Below are positions 26,297 to 39,101 of a stretch of 64,000 nucleotides of DNA, one piece after another. A model generated the notes under the pieces. The model was not told where the DNA came from. It was given only the letters and a program-made list of their open reading frames with translations, and searched no databases. The stretch's first letter is position 1. Each line of letters opens with the position of its first letter. A program made the position numbers and the translations under genes. This DNA comes from Octopus vulgaris. Taxonomy: Eukaryota. The stretch covers positions 25,296,001 to 25,360,000 of the forward strand of contig OX597829.1 of assembly GCA_951406725.2 (NCBI GenBank), in the 5' to 3' direction.

Positions 26297-27189
26297 CTCC
26301 GGGTGCGATGGGTAAATTGTTGTCATTTTATAATTCTAATTTCACGCCTGCACATTATTTGTTTCTGATTTTGTCAACTATACAATATAGTAAAGTAAGT
26401 TGGGTACTATCTGTGAGAAAAACAGCCCCATGATGCAATTCACTCTGTCAGAAATTTGGAAATGACATGCTGTACTGCTTGTCATTTGCATAAGAAGCTC
26501 CAATATGAACATTTCAGAGTTTTGGGGTGTCAATCTGAAGGCAGTGCAATTTGAGGAAATGTACCGAGAGTGATAAAAATCAAACATCCAGTCAACATCA
26601 TGGTTTTTGGAGTGATCACTTGTAATGGTGATATTATGCCGCCATTCATCTTTCCACACAGCCTCAGACTTAACATGGAGGCCTACATCAAGTGCCTGGA
26701 GGAGGTAGTGCTGCCCTGGGTGAAAAGGGTGGCTGCTGGAAGACACTATATCTGGCAACAGGACTCTGCATCATGCCACACAAGCAGGAGAACCCAGTCA
26801 TGGCTTTCAGACAATCTCTGCAGCCACATCACCTCTAAAATCTGGCCACCTAACTCCCCAGACTGCAACCCCCTTGATTATTATGTGTGGGGTGCAGTTG
26901 AGTGAGAGACCGACAAAACTTCTTGTAATAACCAAAGATGAACTGAAGACAAAGATTAAGGTAGTATTCACCAACTTAAACAAGGGAACTGTCCAGAAGA
27001 GTTGCAGGAGATTCCAAAGTCATCTGGAGGCTGTAGTTGAAGCCAACAGTGATTTATATTGAGTAAATTTATTCATTAGTATTTCAAAATATTTTTATGT
27101 AATTTTGCTAAATATATCTGTTAAAATGAGATGTGAGTGTTATTTTCATTTTTGCGTAATTTAGATGACAGTTAATTCACTGCACCTTG
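26297..27189 (+). mobile_element. Tc1/mariner DD37D (maT-type) transposon, internally deleted
   Basis: ORF 26570-26905 WQQD-x37-D ending WPPNSPDCNPLDYYVWG; imperfect TIRs (GGGTGC.../...GCACCTTG) flanked by TA; an isolated left end is also at ~53392-53490. Confidence 0.9.
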
Positions 27190-27214
27190 TATGTGTGTGT
27201 GTGTGTGTGTGTGC

Positions 27215-27263
<49 letters not shown>

Positions 27264-27434
27264 TATTCATATATATATATATATTTATTTATTCATTTCT
27301 ACTCTAGATACAAGGCCCGAAATTTTGGGGGAGGGGGCAATCGATTGCATCGTCCCTAGTACGCAACTGGTACTTAATTTATTGACCCCAAAAGGATGAA
27401 AGGCAAAGTCGACCTTGGTGGATATATATATATA

Positions 27435-27650
27435 AATTTAATCCAAACATGAAAACACAAAGAGAAACACAACAACGCGAGGACGTGGAACAAATATAGT
27501 ATTATTGGACGCTCAGGAAATGAAGGGAAGAAGGAGAGTTTAACGTTTCGAGTGGAGCTCTTTGTCAGAAACATAGGAAAAGGAAAGATCCAGAGAAGGG
27601 AAGATGGAGGAAAAAAAATCGCCAACGGTACACACGTGGTCACATTTTGA
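27435..27650 (-). mobile_element. Penelope-like terminal repeat with decayed minimal hammerhead
   Basis: Minus strand 27572-27538: GUUU-CUGACAA-A-GAGCUCCACUC-GAAAC-GUU-AAAC. Confidence 0.55.
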
Positions 27651-27711
27651 ATGAATATATATATATATATATATATATACCCACCGAGGTCGACTTGCAT
27701 TTCATATATAT

Positions 27712-27753
<42 letters not shown>

Positions 27754-28650
27754 ATATTTATCTATATCTATCTATCTATCTTTCTATCTATCTATTTATC
27801 TATCTGTCGATCTATCTATCTATCTATCTATTTATCTATCTATCTATATTCAAATAATATAGTTTGTCAATGATTGTCAATGAAAGCTGAAGAGTGTACT
27901 CATTATGTGTTGTAGAGTGTGTTACATAAACTGAATTTCTTTGTCTTGCAATCCAAGTTTAACAGGAAGAGCAGCTGGCCACAGAAATATCTGCCTTATT
28001 GAATTTCATTTGACCCATACAAGTACAGATAAATGAACATTAAAATGATAATGGTGACAATTTGTGTGTGTGGGTGTATGTGTGTATATGTATATGTGTG
28101 TGCATATGTATTTACACACACACACACACATACATACATATATCCATGTCTTTGTATATTTATATTTTTTTCATTTGGGTATTCAGTGGAGCAGAAGCTA
28201 TATAGCCCTTCTTCCTTCACTCATTCTTCAACTATATACATATATACACATCTCTATTCAGAGACACACTCATGTATCAATGCACACGCACACTCTCACA
28301 CATATTTTAATGTCTCTGCTAGTTTTTCTTTATAATATGGAGAATTCTGAGATGTTCTGTATAGGACAGTTGCAAAATTGACTGTGTTGTGAGATAGAAT
28401 GTGTATCACCTCCTTTCCTATAAAATGTTAATTATGTTAAATTAATCAATGTCAATTATAAACTGCTAATCGTGTACCTTTATCATATAATAGTGTTTCT
28501 AACTAAACTTTCAGTATATGAGTATGAACATACATCTCTCCCTTCCCCCACTCTCTCTGTGTATATATTAATTATGAGTATATATGTGTATGTGTGTATT
28601 TATATATGTAGATTTTATATGTGTATAGTGTTTGTCTGCATGTATTTGTA

Positions 28651-28689
<39 letters not shown>

Positions 28690-28693
<4 letters not shown>

Positions 28694-28870
28694 AGAGTTT
28701 ATGAAAAAAACAAAAGACGAAGACAGGAGGTGTACAAAACAAACAGATGTATTAGTATAACGCTCAGGAATAGAAAAAGTCTTTTACATTTCGAGCCTAC
28801 GCTCTTCTACAGAAAGGTACACAGAAAAAACAAGGGAGAGAAACAAGGAGAGAAAAAAATGTGTGTAGTG
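28690..28870 (-). mobile_element. Penelope-like terminal repeat with minimal hammerhead-like motif
   Basis: Homolog of 12245-12431; motif 28816-28780; flanked by (TA)n. Confidence 0.65.
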
Positions 28871-28871
28871 G

Positions 28872-28910
<39 letters not shown>

Positions 28911-28913
<3 letters not shown>

Positions 28914-30540
28914 TCATCATTTGATGTCTGTTTCCATGCCGGCATGGGCTGGACAGTTTGAACTGACAAGCTGAGGAGCTGTACCTGATTCCAGTCTGAT
29001 TTGGTATAGTTTCTATGACTGGATGCCCCTCCAAATACAAACCACTTTACAGAGTGTGCTGGGTGTTTTTATGTGGTGTTGCACGGGCACTTTTACATGG
29101 TGCCACACAGGTACTTTTACATGACACTGCCACAAGTACTTTTTATGTAGCACTGACCCAGGACTCTTGCAGGTCAAACCTCACCACCAGGGACAACCGG
29201 TCTTAACACTTCTGCTGTGGAGTACAGGTCTTCTTGAGTATAGCAAGGCATCAGACATCTCGGTCCTGTGTCACCTTGCCTGAAAGATTCAGCATCCTGA
29301 AGTTGTTCTTCAGTACTTCATCCCATGTCTTCCTGGGTCTCCCACTTCCACATGTTCTACCTATTTTGAGAGATCAGCACTTCTTCATAGAGCTGTTGGT
29401 ATCCATCCACATCACATGACCAAACCAGCATAGTCTTCTCTCTTGCACACTACATTTAATTCCTCTTATGCCTAACTTCTCTCTCAAAGCATCAGTACTC
29501 TGTCAAACATGTACACTTACATTACACATCCAGCGGAGCATACTAGCTTCATTTCTTTCTAGCCTTCACGTATCCTCTGCATTCAGGGGCCATGTCACAC
29601 TACCATATAGAATTGCTGTCCACATGCATGCATCATACAATCTTACTTTCACTCGGAGAGAGAAACCTTTTGTAGCCAACAGAGGTAGCAGTTCTCTGAA
29701 TTTCCCCCATCCTATCTTGCAATCACATTCTCATGCATCCTCCGCAACTACTAATTTGATCCCCTAGGTAGTAAAAATTACCTATTACCTCTAATGAGCC
29801 ACCAGGGCATTTAAGAGAATCAATTTCCCAAGTATCTATAGTTTTTATGGATCCTGTGCATCTTCCACATATGAACACTGAACAATACCTTCTTTGATAA
29901 TCTTCCTATTAATCCACTGCACTCTTTGTGTGACCCTAGCTTATATTGGTACACTGTATGGAGTTCTTGCCTACACCTTTCCTACAAACAGAACAGGGCC
30001 ACCTACCTGAAGGGAGTAGGGTCTTGTTCTGTCAGTTTTCTTGCTTACTAGGACTTTAGTCTTTGCTAAGTTAACCTTAAGGCTCTTAGATTCCAAGTTT
30101 TGGAATCTAAGAGCCTTAATTCCACACCTGGAATTTCTCTTTTAGCTCTAATATGGAATCCACTATGAGGGCAAGATCATCAGCATATAGTAGTTCTCAG
30201 GGGCTGCTGGTCTTGAACTCCTCTGTTATGGCCTGCAGGACAATGAGAAAAAGGAGAGGACTTAGGATTGAATCTTAATGAAGAGCCCCTACTGTACACA
30301 AAATTCTTCGCTTTACTCATGGTTAGCTCTCACCTTACTGACAGCATCTTTGTACATGGTTTGTACAACTTTCACTAGCCACTCTTCTATCCCTAGCTTC
30401 ACACAGCAGGGTACTATATCAAAGGCTTTCACAAGATCAACGAATGCCAAGTATAATGATTCATTCTTAGTTAAATACTTCTCTTGCAAACACCTGACTA
30501 TGAAAATAACATCAGTAGTCTTCTTCCCTAGACAATTTCC
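28911..30540 (-). mobile_element. Older 5'-truncated RTE LINE (RT, PHD, C-terminus, 3' UTR)
   Basis: TTDVIFIVRCLQEKYLTKNESLYLAFVDLVKAFD; YADD codons at ~30178-30189; colinear with 46037-48200. Confidence 0.92.
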
Positions 30541-31419
30541 TTCAATTCCAGAGAGCCTTAATGGGTATGCACATGCATTATAACCATGCACACATGTGTA
30601 TACCCATATTTCTGCATAAAGTATCTGTGCATGTGCTTGAGTCACCTCCACAGTGGTGGCAATGAGTTGCATAAGGAATCCGTTGATATTGCATGATAAA
30701 ATGTCCCACCACAAAGTTTAATGATCTAAGCTGAAATTAATTTGAAATTAACAGAGAAACATTCATAAGCCATAATCTGAAATACCTATATATTTCCTGG
30801 AGGGAGAGAGAGAAATTAGGTTTGGCATTATTTGCCTATTGTTTAAAATAAAGAGAGGGATAGATAGAGAAATAGCTAGCTAGCTAGACAGACAAACGGA
30901 CAATGCACCTGTTGGCATTAAGGACTGAAGGAAATCTTTAAGCAAATAAACAATCACACAATTAATGGCTGTAAAGGCAGAAGGAAAAAGGGGTAAAATA
31001 AGGAAACAGAAAATATGATAAATAAATAATAAAGTTAATCAGCTAGCTTAAGTTAGAAATCCTGCATGCATCTCATGCAAGCCAGTGTCAATGAACATCT
31101 GAGAACCACATGTACTTCTATACATCTGAGAACCACATGGTATAAGTTGCTAAGTTGGCAAGATTTTGCATGAGTAACCAATGGCTGGGGGAATTTTACT
31201 ACCTGCCATGAATCCATAGGGAATCCATTGATATCACACAATAAAATGTCCTACCTGAAATAATTTGTCTATCGATAGAGAAATATTCATTATCCCATAA
31301 TCTGAAATACCTATATATTTCCCAGGAGAAGAGAGAGAAATTAAGTTTGGCATTACACACACACACGCATGCACAAACGCATGCACGCATGCGCACGCAC
31401 ACACATACACACACATACG

Positions 31420-31469
<50 letters not shown>

Positions 31470-32189
31470 CACACACACACACAAGAAAGAGAGATGACAA
31501 AGAAATGAATGATTATCTTATGAACTTCATTAGCTTACAGCTATTTCTGCCTTAAGATGTGGTGGATTCATATTTGAGTACCTCAATTTGAGTACCCTAT
31601 AACTTCATCGGACCCTCAAATATGAAGTGCAATTTATTTGGGAAAGAATTATATTTGTACCTATATAGGGAATGGCATCAACCATGAAAAATGTCAATAC
31701 AGATATGTATAAAAAAAAGTGTATGTTCAAAATGTAATTAGAGGCATTAGTGGAAATATTATGTACATATACGTACATATGCACTCTGAGGCGCACACAA
31801 ATGAAGAAAGACACATACATGAAAAACCCAACTCATAGATACACAGAGACATGCACACACACTGGGACATCGGTACACATGTGTGTGCCTACCCAGACAC
31901 CCACACTCACATCTCTATCTCACATGTGAAACTGTGTAATTCCTATTAGCAAACGAAATGTGTGTAATGGTGAATAAATAATACCAAAAACATTTCCAAT
32001 TTCTTGTTTTGTTATACAATAACTTGGCAAATACCATCTTCAAAATTCTCAATTTTAATATGTATTTTGAACTAATGTATGTTTGCAACTGGAGTTACAT
32101 ATTGAATTGTAATAATGGAATAAGCAGATGTGCTTCAAGAGGAAAGAGCAGGGATTTACCCTAACTACCTACATAATATATATATATAT

Positions 32190-32955
32190 ATTAGTAATGC
32201 AATACTAGAGTATTGCTTTCCAGTAAAGAATAGCCCATGAGGGAAAAATATACAAAGAAGTAAATATATGGAACAACGAAGTACCGATATTTACTGGAAA
32301 TAGCGAACGTAATAATACGACGCTAATGTATAGCTTCACGGCGTATGTACTAGCAAAAATGCGTGAGTGCAACAAACTAGAAAAAATTGTCTTACCTCCA
32401 GGGAGAACATCTGAAAGATGAAATACCTGGAAAAGGATAATGTGGGACCTGCGCAGGTTTCAGATTTTTCAAGATATGTCTGCACCTGTAAACTTGATCT
32501 ATCTTCATCAGCCAAACATATACCACGACAACATTTCAGATGTTACCACATTAATGCCATTACACTCGACTGAAACGCCGAAACGCTAACAGCACGAGAA
32601 CGGTGAAGAAGTTTCAATAAATTAGTAATGCAATACTAGAGTATTGCTTTCCAGTAAAGAATAGCCCGTGAGGGAAAAATATACAAAGAAGTAAATATAT
32701 GGCAAAACGAAGTACCGATATTTACTGGAAATAGCGAACGTAATAATACGACGCTAATGTATAGCTTCACCATGTATGTACTAGCAAAAATGCGTGTGTG
32801 CAACAAACTAGAAAAAATTGTCTTACCTCCAGGGAGAACATCTGAAAGATGAAATACCTGGAAAAGTACGGTGAAGCTATACATTAGCGCCGTATTATTA
32901 CGTTTGCTATTTCCAGTAAATATCGGTACTTCGTTGTGCCATATATTTACTTCTT

Positions 32956-32960
<5 letters not shown>
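32190..32960 (-). mobile_element. Non-coding hammerhead-bearing element: 431-bp unit plus 246-bp partial tandem copy plus inverted end (retrozyme/Penelope-like)
   Basis: 32190-32435 is repeated at 32621-32866; 32869-32960 is the reverse complement of 32680-32771; (TA)n on both flanks. Confidence 0.8.
32440..32519 (-). ncRNA. Type I hammerhead ribozyme, canonical core
   Basis: UGG-CUGAUGA-AGAU..AUCU-GAAA-CCUGCGCAGG-UC|CCA; all core nucleotides and three stems present. Confidence 0.8.
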
Positions 32961-33018
<58 letters not shown>

Positions 33019-33034
33019 CATACATACATACGAT

Positions 33035-33368
33035 GAAGGCGCATGGCTTAGTGGTTAGAATGTAGAGCTTACGATCATGAGGTTGTGAACTCGATTCCTG
33101 GACTGGGCTGCATGTTGTGTTCTAGAGCAAGACGCTTTATTTCACATTACTCCAGTTCGTTCATCTGTAGAAATGAGTTGCGACGTCACAGGTGCCAAGC
33201 TGTATTGGCCTTTGCCTTTCCCTTGGATAACATCAGTGGTGTGGAGAAGGGAGGCTGGTATGCGTGGTCGACTGCTAGCCTTCCACAAACAATCTTGCCC
33301 TGACTTGTGCCTCAGAGGGTAACTTTGTGGGTGCAATCCCATAGTCATTCATGACCGAAGGGGGTCTC
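33035..33368 (+). mobile_element. SINE family B (long variant)
   Basis: A box TGGCTTAGTGG and B-box-like TCGATTCC; homolog of 15024-15350. Confidence 0.88.
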
Positions 33369-34576
33369 CTTCTCTATATATATACAAGAGTTCAAAGAAT
33401 GATGGTAGACACTAATAGCTCTATTTAACATCAGCAATTTCTATCAACTCATACTAAAACTGTTAGTTTTACCATTTCCAATTCTTCCCTTAGTGATTTT
33501 AATTCTCCTATTCATATGGAATAGACAAAGGCATTTAAACTGTTTTAAAACAATAAAGAGTGCTATTGTTCATTGTGTTTGCTATCTGCTCAGACTCCAA
33601 TTTTACAAACACCACAAAATATTAGAGCTTGGCACTCAGTGCAGTCACACACCCATCACCACTTGGATCTAAACACTTCCTTTCATCATTAGTGGTTTTT
33701 ATAGTATCCCCTATGCCAGTCTCAAGCAGTGAGTTCTTCAGTTGACCATCATCACTTATTCTAGGATAGCCTAGCATAAGATATCTTAAATTATCATAAC
33801 ATGTGATATTGTTCCATTTCACAAAAGGTGATCCTAACACTACTGACACCTTGTCTTCAATATCTCAAAAATATTGGCAGCAATTCCACAGCAACTTCTT
33901 GTACATTTTGTCTCCTTCAGATCAGCAATGCTATGCTATTCTATATATCTGTGTGTGATCTCTTATCATTGACAACTTTGGCAAAATCAGTTCTGCTATT
34001 CTTGATATCACTTAAACTTTCAGCTGTCCAAGATAAGCATCTTCTGGCAAAATTGTAAATCTATTGGATCCATCTATGTCTCATCTCTATGATCAAAATA
34101 GCTCAATGACACTCTGTATTGGTGTGTGTGTGTGTGGTGGGGGGTATGAGTGAGTGAATGAGTGAATGTGTGTAGGGTTTTTCAGATGTACATCATATCA
34201 AATATGATGTTCCCACAGGACTTGGTCATGTTCTTTACATCCATTATTTTTTTATACTCAGTATTTTCAAAGCTGCTTTTAACTACATGCACACACATAC
34301 ACACCTTTCACTTCTCATTAAGCTTTCATACACAATTAACCAAAAGATCTCATGCATGACATTCTTGAAAGAAAATGTTAAAAATCATTCCCCAATGGAA
34401 TTATGACAGCTTGGTCTTTTCACAAATAACACAACACAGTCATTAAACAAAATATACTTTCTCAGATGAGTTGCCTGTTGTTAAAACCGTCACAAATTTT
34501 GTAAATGATTAGTCACCCAATTATATAATACATGTATATATATAATATACATATGTACATATACATACACACATAC

Positions 34577-34611
<35 letters not shown>

Positions 34612-34774
34612 TATATATGGTTTTAGGGTCTGAAGAAACACTCTAAAGCTAAACACTTTATGGATGTGAAACTCAGAGTAACCCCATAGATCAGCCATAT
34701 CTATCTTTATCTATATACTTTACTTCTCAATAACTTAGATTGTGCTTCTCTTTCAGATTTATGATTTACTGAAG

Positions 34775-34992
34775 ATACATACATATACATACATACATAC
34801 ATACATACATATATGCATACATATGTATGTTTGTATGTATGTATGTATGTATGTATGTATGTATGTGTGTATGTATGTATGTATGTATGTATGTGTGCGT
34901 GCATGTGTGTGTGCATGTGTGCGTATCTACATACGTATGTATGTATGTATGTGTGTTGTATGCGTGTGTATGTGTGCGTGTGTGTGTGTGCA

Positions 34993-35025
<33 letters not shown>

Positions 35026-35240
35026 GTTGTATGCGTGTGTGTGTGCATGTGTGTGTGCATGTGTGTGTGCATGTGTGTGTGCATGTGTGTGTGCATGTGT
35101 GTGTGCATGTGTGTGTGCATGCGTGCGTATGTATGTACGTATGTATGTATGTATGTATGTGTGTTGTATGCGTGTGTATGTGTGCATATATGTGTGCATG
35201 TGTGTGTATGTATGTATGTATGTATGTGTGTTGTATGCGT

Positions 35241-35275
<35 letters not shown>

Positions 35276-35303
35276 TGTGTGTGTGTGTATGTATGCACAT
35301 ACG
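34775..35303. repeat. Compound (TATG)/(GT)/(GCATGTGTGT) low-complexity array
   Basis: Directly visible. Confidence 0.95.
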
Positions 35304-35305
35304 TA

Positions 35306-36577
35306 CAGGGTCTGGCAAGTAAAGTGAAACCAATTTTAAGTAGTTGACTTAATGGGGGTAACATTTCATTTTTTGACAAAACCTTACTTGCTTGAAAATC
35401 TAATCCTCTCTTTATATTTCAGGCAAATAGTGAACTGATTCGATGACAGAAAGTCATGAAACAACAGAATCATTCTGCCATTGTTGTTTTGGTGAGTGCC
35501 AGGCACACTGCCAATAAAATTGGTAAGCAGACGAAACTTTCAAAAAGCAACAGTTTATCATGTGTATAAACAATTTAAAGAAGAAGGAAAGATTGATAGA
35601 AAAGAACACAAGACTTGAAGTGATTCCAAGTGCAATCCAAAGTTTCTCACTCACCTCAAATGCTCGATTGAAGCTAACCCGTCCACATCCATGGCAACTC
35701 ATGCAAAGAAATGCAATGTGTCCCTTTCCACAGTGTCCAGAGCTGTGAACCTTGACATGACTAGCTATGTTCAACGACACCATCACCTCCTAACAGCCAA
35801 GGCCAAATCAATCAGAGTCGGGAGATGCCCAAAGCTTCTGTTATTCATCAAACATCAAAGTGCAAGAAAATCTCTCATATTTGTGGATAAGAAGAAGATC
35901 ACTGTGGATGCTTAGGTGAATCACAAAAATTCTTGAGTGATTGCATACAACCCTTTTGACGTCCACCCACCCCCACTGTGTTTGGGACTAAGAATCCTGC
36001 CTCTGTGATGGTATTTGGAGCTGTGGTGAGTGATGGAAGTGTTATGGATCTACATTGATCTGGCACAAAGGGGTATCTGGATATACTGAAGAACTCTCTG
36101 TCACCTTGTATGGAACAGAAGTTTGGGTTTTACAATGCGGTGCTTATCCAGGATTCTGCACCATGCCATGGGTCAAAAGCAACACAGGCCTTCCTTGGTG
36201 AGAAGGTTCCATTTTTTTTGTGAGGGCTAACATCTGACTCAGTAATAGCCCAGATCTCAACCTTCTTGTTTACTTATTATGGGGTGTACTTCAAGCAAGG
36301 ACCACTGCTTCACCACACATGAGTTTCAACAGTTTGAAGACCTGCATTGTGCATGCGACATGCAAAATCAAAAAGGTTGAGGTTGCAGCAGCTGCCAAAA
36401 AATTTCGTTCTCATGTGGAGGCAGTAATTGCCCAAAAGGGAAGCCATGTTGAGTAATAAATATTTTTGCTATAATAAATGTTATATTAAAATTATATTTG
36501 TCTACTACCATTGTTTTAGTATTCATAACCAGTTTTATGCATCGTAAAAATTGTCTCAATTTATCTGCAAGACCCTG
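35306..36577 (+). mobile_element. Decayed Tc1/mariner (maT-like) transposon
   Basis: TIRs CAGGGTCTGGCAAGTAAAGTGAAAC / GTCTCAATTTATCTGCAAGACCCTG; residual VSLSTVSRAV, IFVDKKK, QDSAPCHGSK and NSPDLN motifs with stops and frameshifts. Confidence 0.85.
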
Positions 36578-36596
36578 AATATGTGTGTGTATACTG

Positions 36597-36870
36597 TCTT
36601 GTTTGTGTTACCAATTTTGACCCTCCACAAAATCCCAAGTTGTATTTAATTTGCTTTGCAGGAGCAACTGTTTTATCGAAAGCATATATTGTTGTTAAAT
36701 GCTCAAAATACAAGAGTAGAAAAACAGCCAACAACTGATGAAGTGTCATTTTTTGTGTTTGCCTTGTTTTCCATTTGTCTCTTTCGTTGTTTGAAAAAAT
36801 AGTTCATATTCCATGTACTCGTACTTCGTATTTTTTTGTTGTACACATCTGTGATGTTCTGTGTCTACAT
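36597..36870. repeat. ~270-bp direct repeat, copy 1 (copy 2 at ~37828-38100)
   Basis: Both copies share TTGCTTTGCAGGAGCAACTGTTTTAT..CAAGAGTAGAAAAACAGCCAACAACTGAT. Confidence 0.85.
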
Positions 36871-36875
36871 AGGCA

Positions 36876-36914
<39 letters not shown>

Positions 36915-36917
<3 letters not shown>

Positions 36918-37292
36918 TTGCGTCAGAAATTAATTAGCACTTCTCAAATTTCTATATTAAATAGGTTAAATCAATTAACCTTATGAGCTGTTCAAAACGT
37001 CTTATGCGATGAGAAAACTTAGTATGGTGTGATTTCTGTCCTTGCGAGGCGCTACCTATATCTATTAAACAAAGGAAGATTTGTCTGCATCCGCACTCCA
37101 AGTTGTTGCATTGCTATGTCAACATCATAAGGCTGTAGACTCTCAAACTGCTCTGCAAACAAAGTTACGTCATCGTTCTGCGCAACAGTGAACTTGCAAC
37201 AAAGCAATAGTTCGAGATATGGCCACTAGGTGACAGCACATACCTTGAGTGAAGAGCAAATCAAGGGTGCTAATTAATTTCTGACGGTAGTG
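36915..37292. mobile_element. Tc1-like MITE in (TA)n
   Basis: TIRs CACTTGCGTCAGAAATTAATTAGCAC / GTGCTAATTAATTTCTGACGGTAGTG with TA flanks. Confidence 0.85.
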
Positions 37293-37326
<34 letters not shown>

Positions 37327-38103
37327 TATATATGTATAGATGTAAGTATGTACATATACATATGTATATATGCATATATATATATATTATTTATATTATT
37401 ATATGATTTAATGCCACGCATCCTCTTCCAAGTAAGTTTTATCTTAATAATTCTGATGTGCACTCAGCTATCTTTTTACTCTTTCATTTTTCTCTCTTTC
37501 TCTCTTTTATTCTTTTACCTCCTCTTCTCCCGTTATTCTATCCTATTACTCTTTTGTTTTTTAATTCTTCTTTCTCCCTTTCTCCCCCTCCTGTACTTTC
37601 TCACTTATCCTGTCTCCAATTTTTACCTCTCCCCTTCACAGTTCTCTGTCTGTCACTCTCTCTCCCTTACTCACATGGCTCTCATGTGACCATCGTCCAT
37701 CTTCCTTCTCATAACTTGCATTTCTTTCTACTGTAGCTAGGTCAAGGAAGATATGTTCTTGTCTGTCTCGTGTCCAAGCTTGATTTATGCATTTGCCACC
37801 ACAACCTCGTTTAGGCTTAGCAGCCTTTCTGTTTGTGTTACCAATGTTGACCCTCCACAAAATACTAAATTTTACTTAATTTGCTTTGCAGGAGCAACTG
37901 TTTTATTGAAAGCATATATTATTGTTAAATACTCAAAATACAAGAGTAGAAAAACAGCCAACAACTGATACAGGGTCGTTCTTTGTGTTGTTTGTCTTGT
38001 TTTCCATTTGTGTCTTTCATTGTTTGAAAAAATAGTTTATATTCCATGTACTCGTACTTCTTATTTTTTGTTGTACACGCTTGTGACATCCTGTGCCCAC
38101 ATA

Positions 38104-38139
<36 letters not shown>

Positions 38140-38732
38140 ATGTACGTATGTACATATACGTATGTATATATGCATATATATGTATTATACATGTGTGTGT
38201 GTGTGTGTGTGTGTGCACAACATTACACAGCACACCAGGAAACAAAATTAGGCAGCAAAGTACTTGAGGAAAATACATGATAAATTCCACAGGAAATAAA
38301 AGGTTAATTATGCAAACCATGATCATATCACGACATAATGCCAAAATTAATGTTCAAATGCACACAACAAAAAATTAATGTGTTGCTACTGGCATAAAAA
38401 TATTTTATAAAGACTTACAGTAAAAATCTGACTACAACAAACAAAATCAACACATGACTGCATATGCATGATGCTAACAAAAAATAAAACCTTTGGCAGG
38501 AAAGTCTACATGAATCCAAATAGTATTTAAGAAACAACATAGATGGCAGTGAAGATTTGGAAACGCTGAACATGGAATAAAATGCTAATAGGAAAATATG
38601 AAAGACCTGAGCATCAAACTGATACACTTGCTTGTTGTTCTTACACCTGTCTTCGTCTTTTGTTTTTCTATAAATTTCAAATATATATATATATATAAAT
38701 AAATAAATAAATAAATAAATATATATATATAT

Positions 38733-38931
38733 TACGTGCGGGTGGCACGTAAAAAGCACCCACTACACTCACGGAGTGGTTGGCGTTAGGAAGGGCATCC
38801 AGCCGTAGAAACACTGCCAGATTTGACTGGGCCTGATGAAGCCTTCTGGCTTCACAGACCCCAGCAGAACCGTCCAACCCATGCTAGCATGGAAAACGGA
38901 CGCTAAATGATGATGATGATGATGATGATGA
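38733..38931 (+). mobile_element. RTE 3'-end copy beginning at the pseudoknot module
   Basis: High identity to the reverse complement of 46037-46230; (GAT)n tail. Confidence 0.9.
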
Positions 38932-39101
38932 TATACTTTATTTTAAGCAGCAGAAAATAAAGCATATTACTCTACCACTGGTATTTGAGTACTCTTTTTT
39001 TCCACCTTGTTTCACATTTATGTGTTTACTCTGGTATATATATATATATGTATATATATGTATATATTTATATATATATATATATATGTATATATTTATA
39101 T

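Noticed and set aside
33620-34110. Unique-looking, possibly coding segment
   Set aside because: Short ORFs with stops and no recognisable motif or clean splice sites
34707-35379. Long His/Thr/Cys/Val-rich ORFs (also 49622-50170, 24599-25120, 18500-18846 and others)
   Set aside because: They are translations of microsatellites
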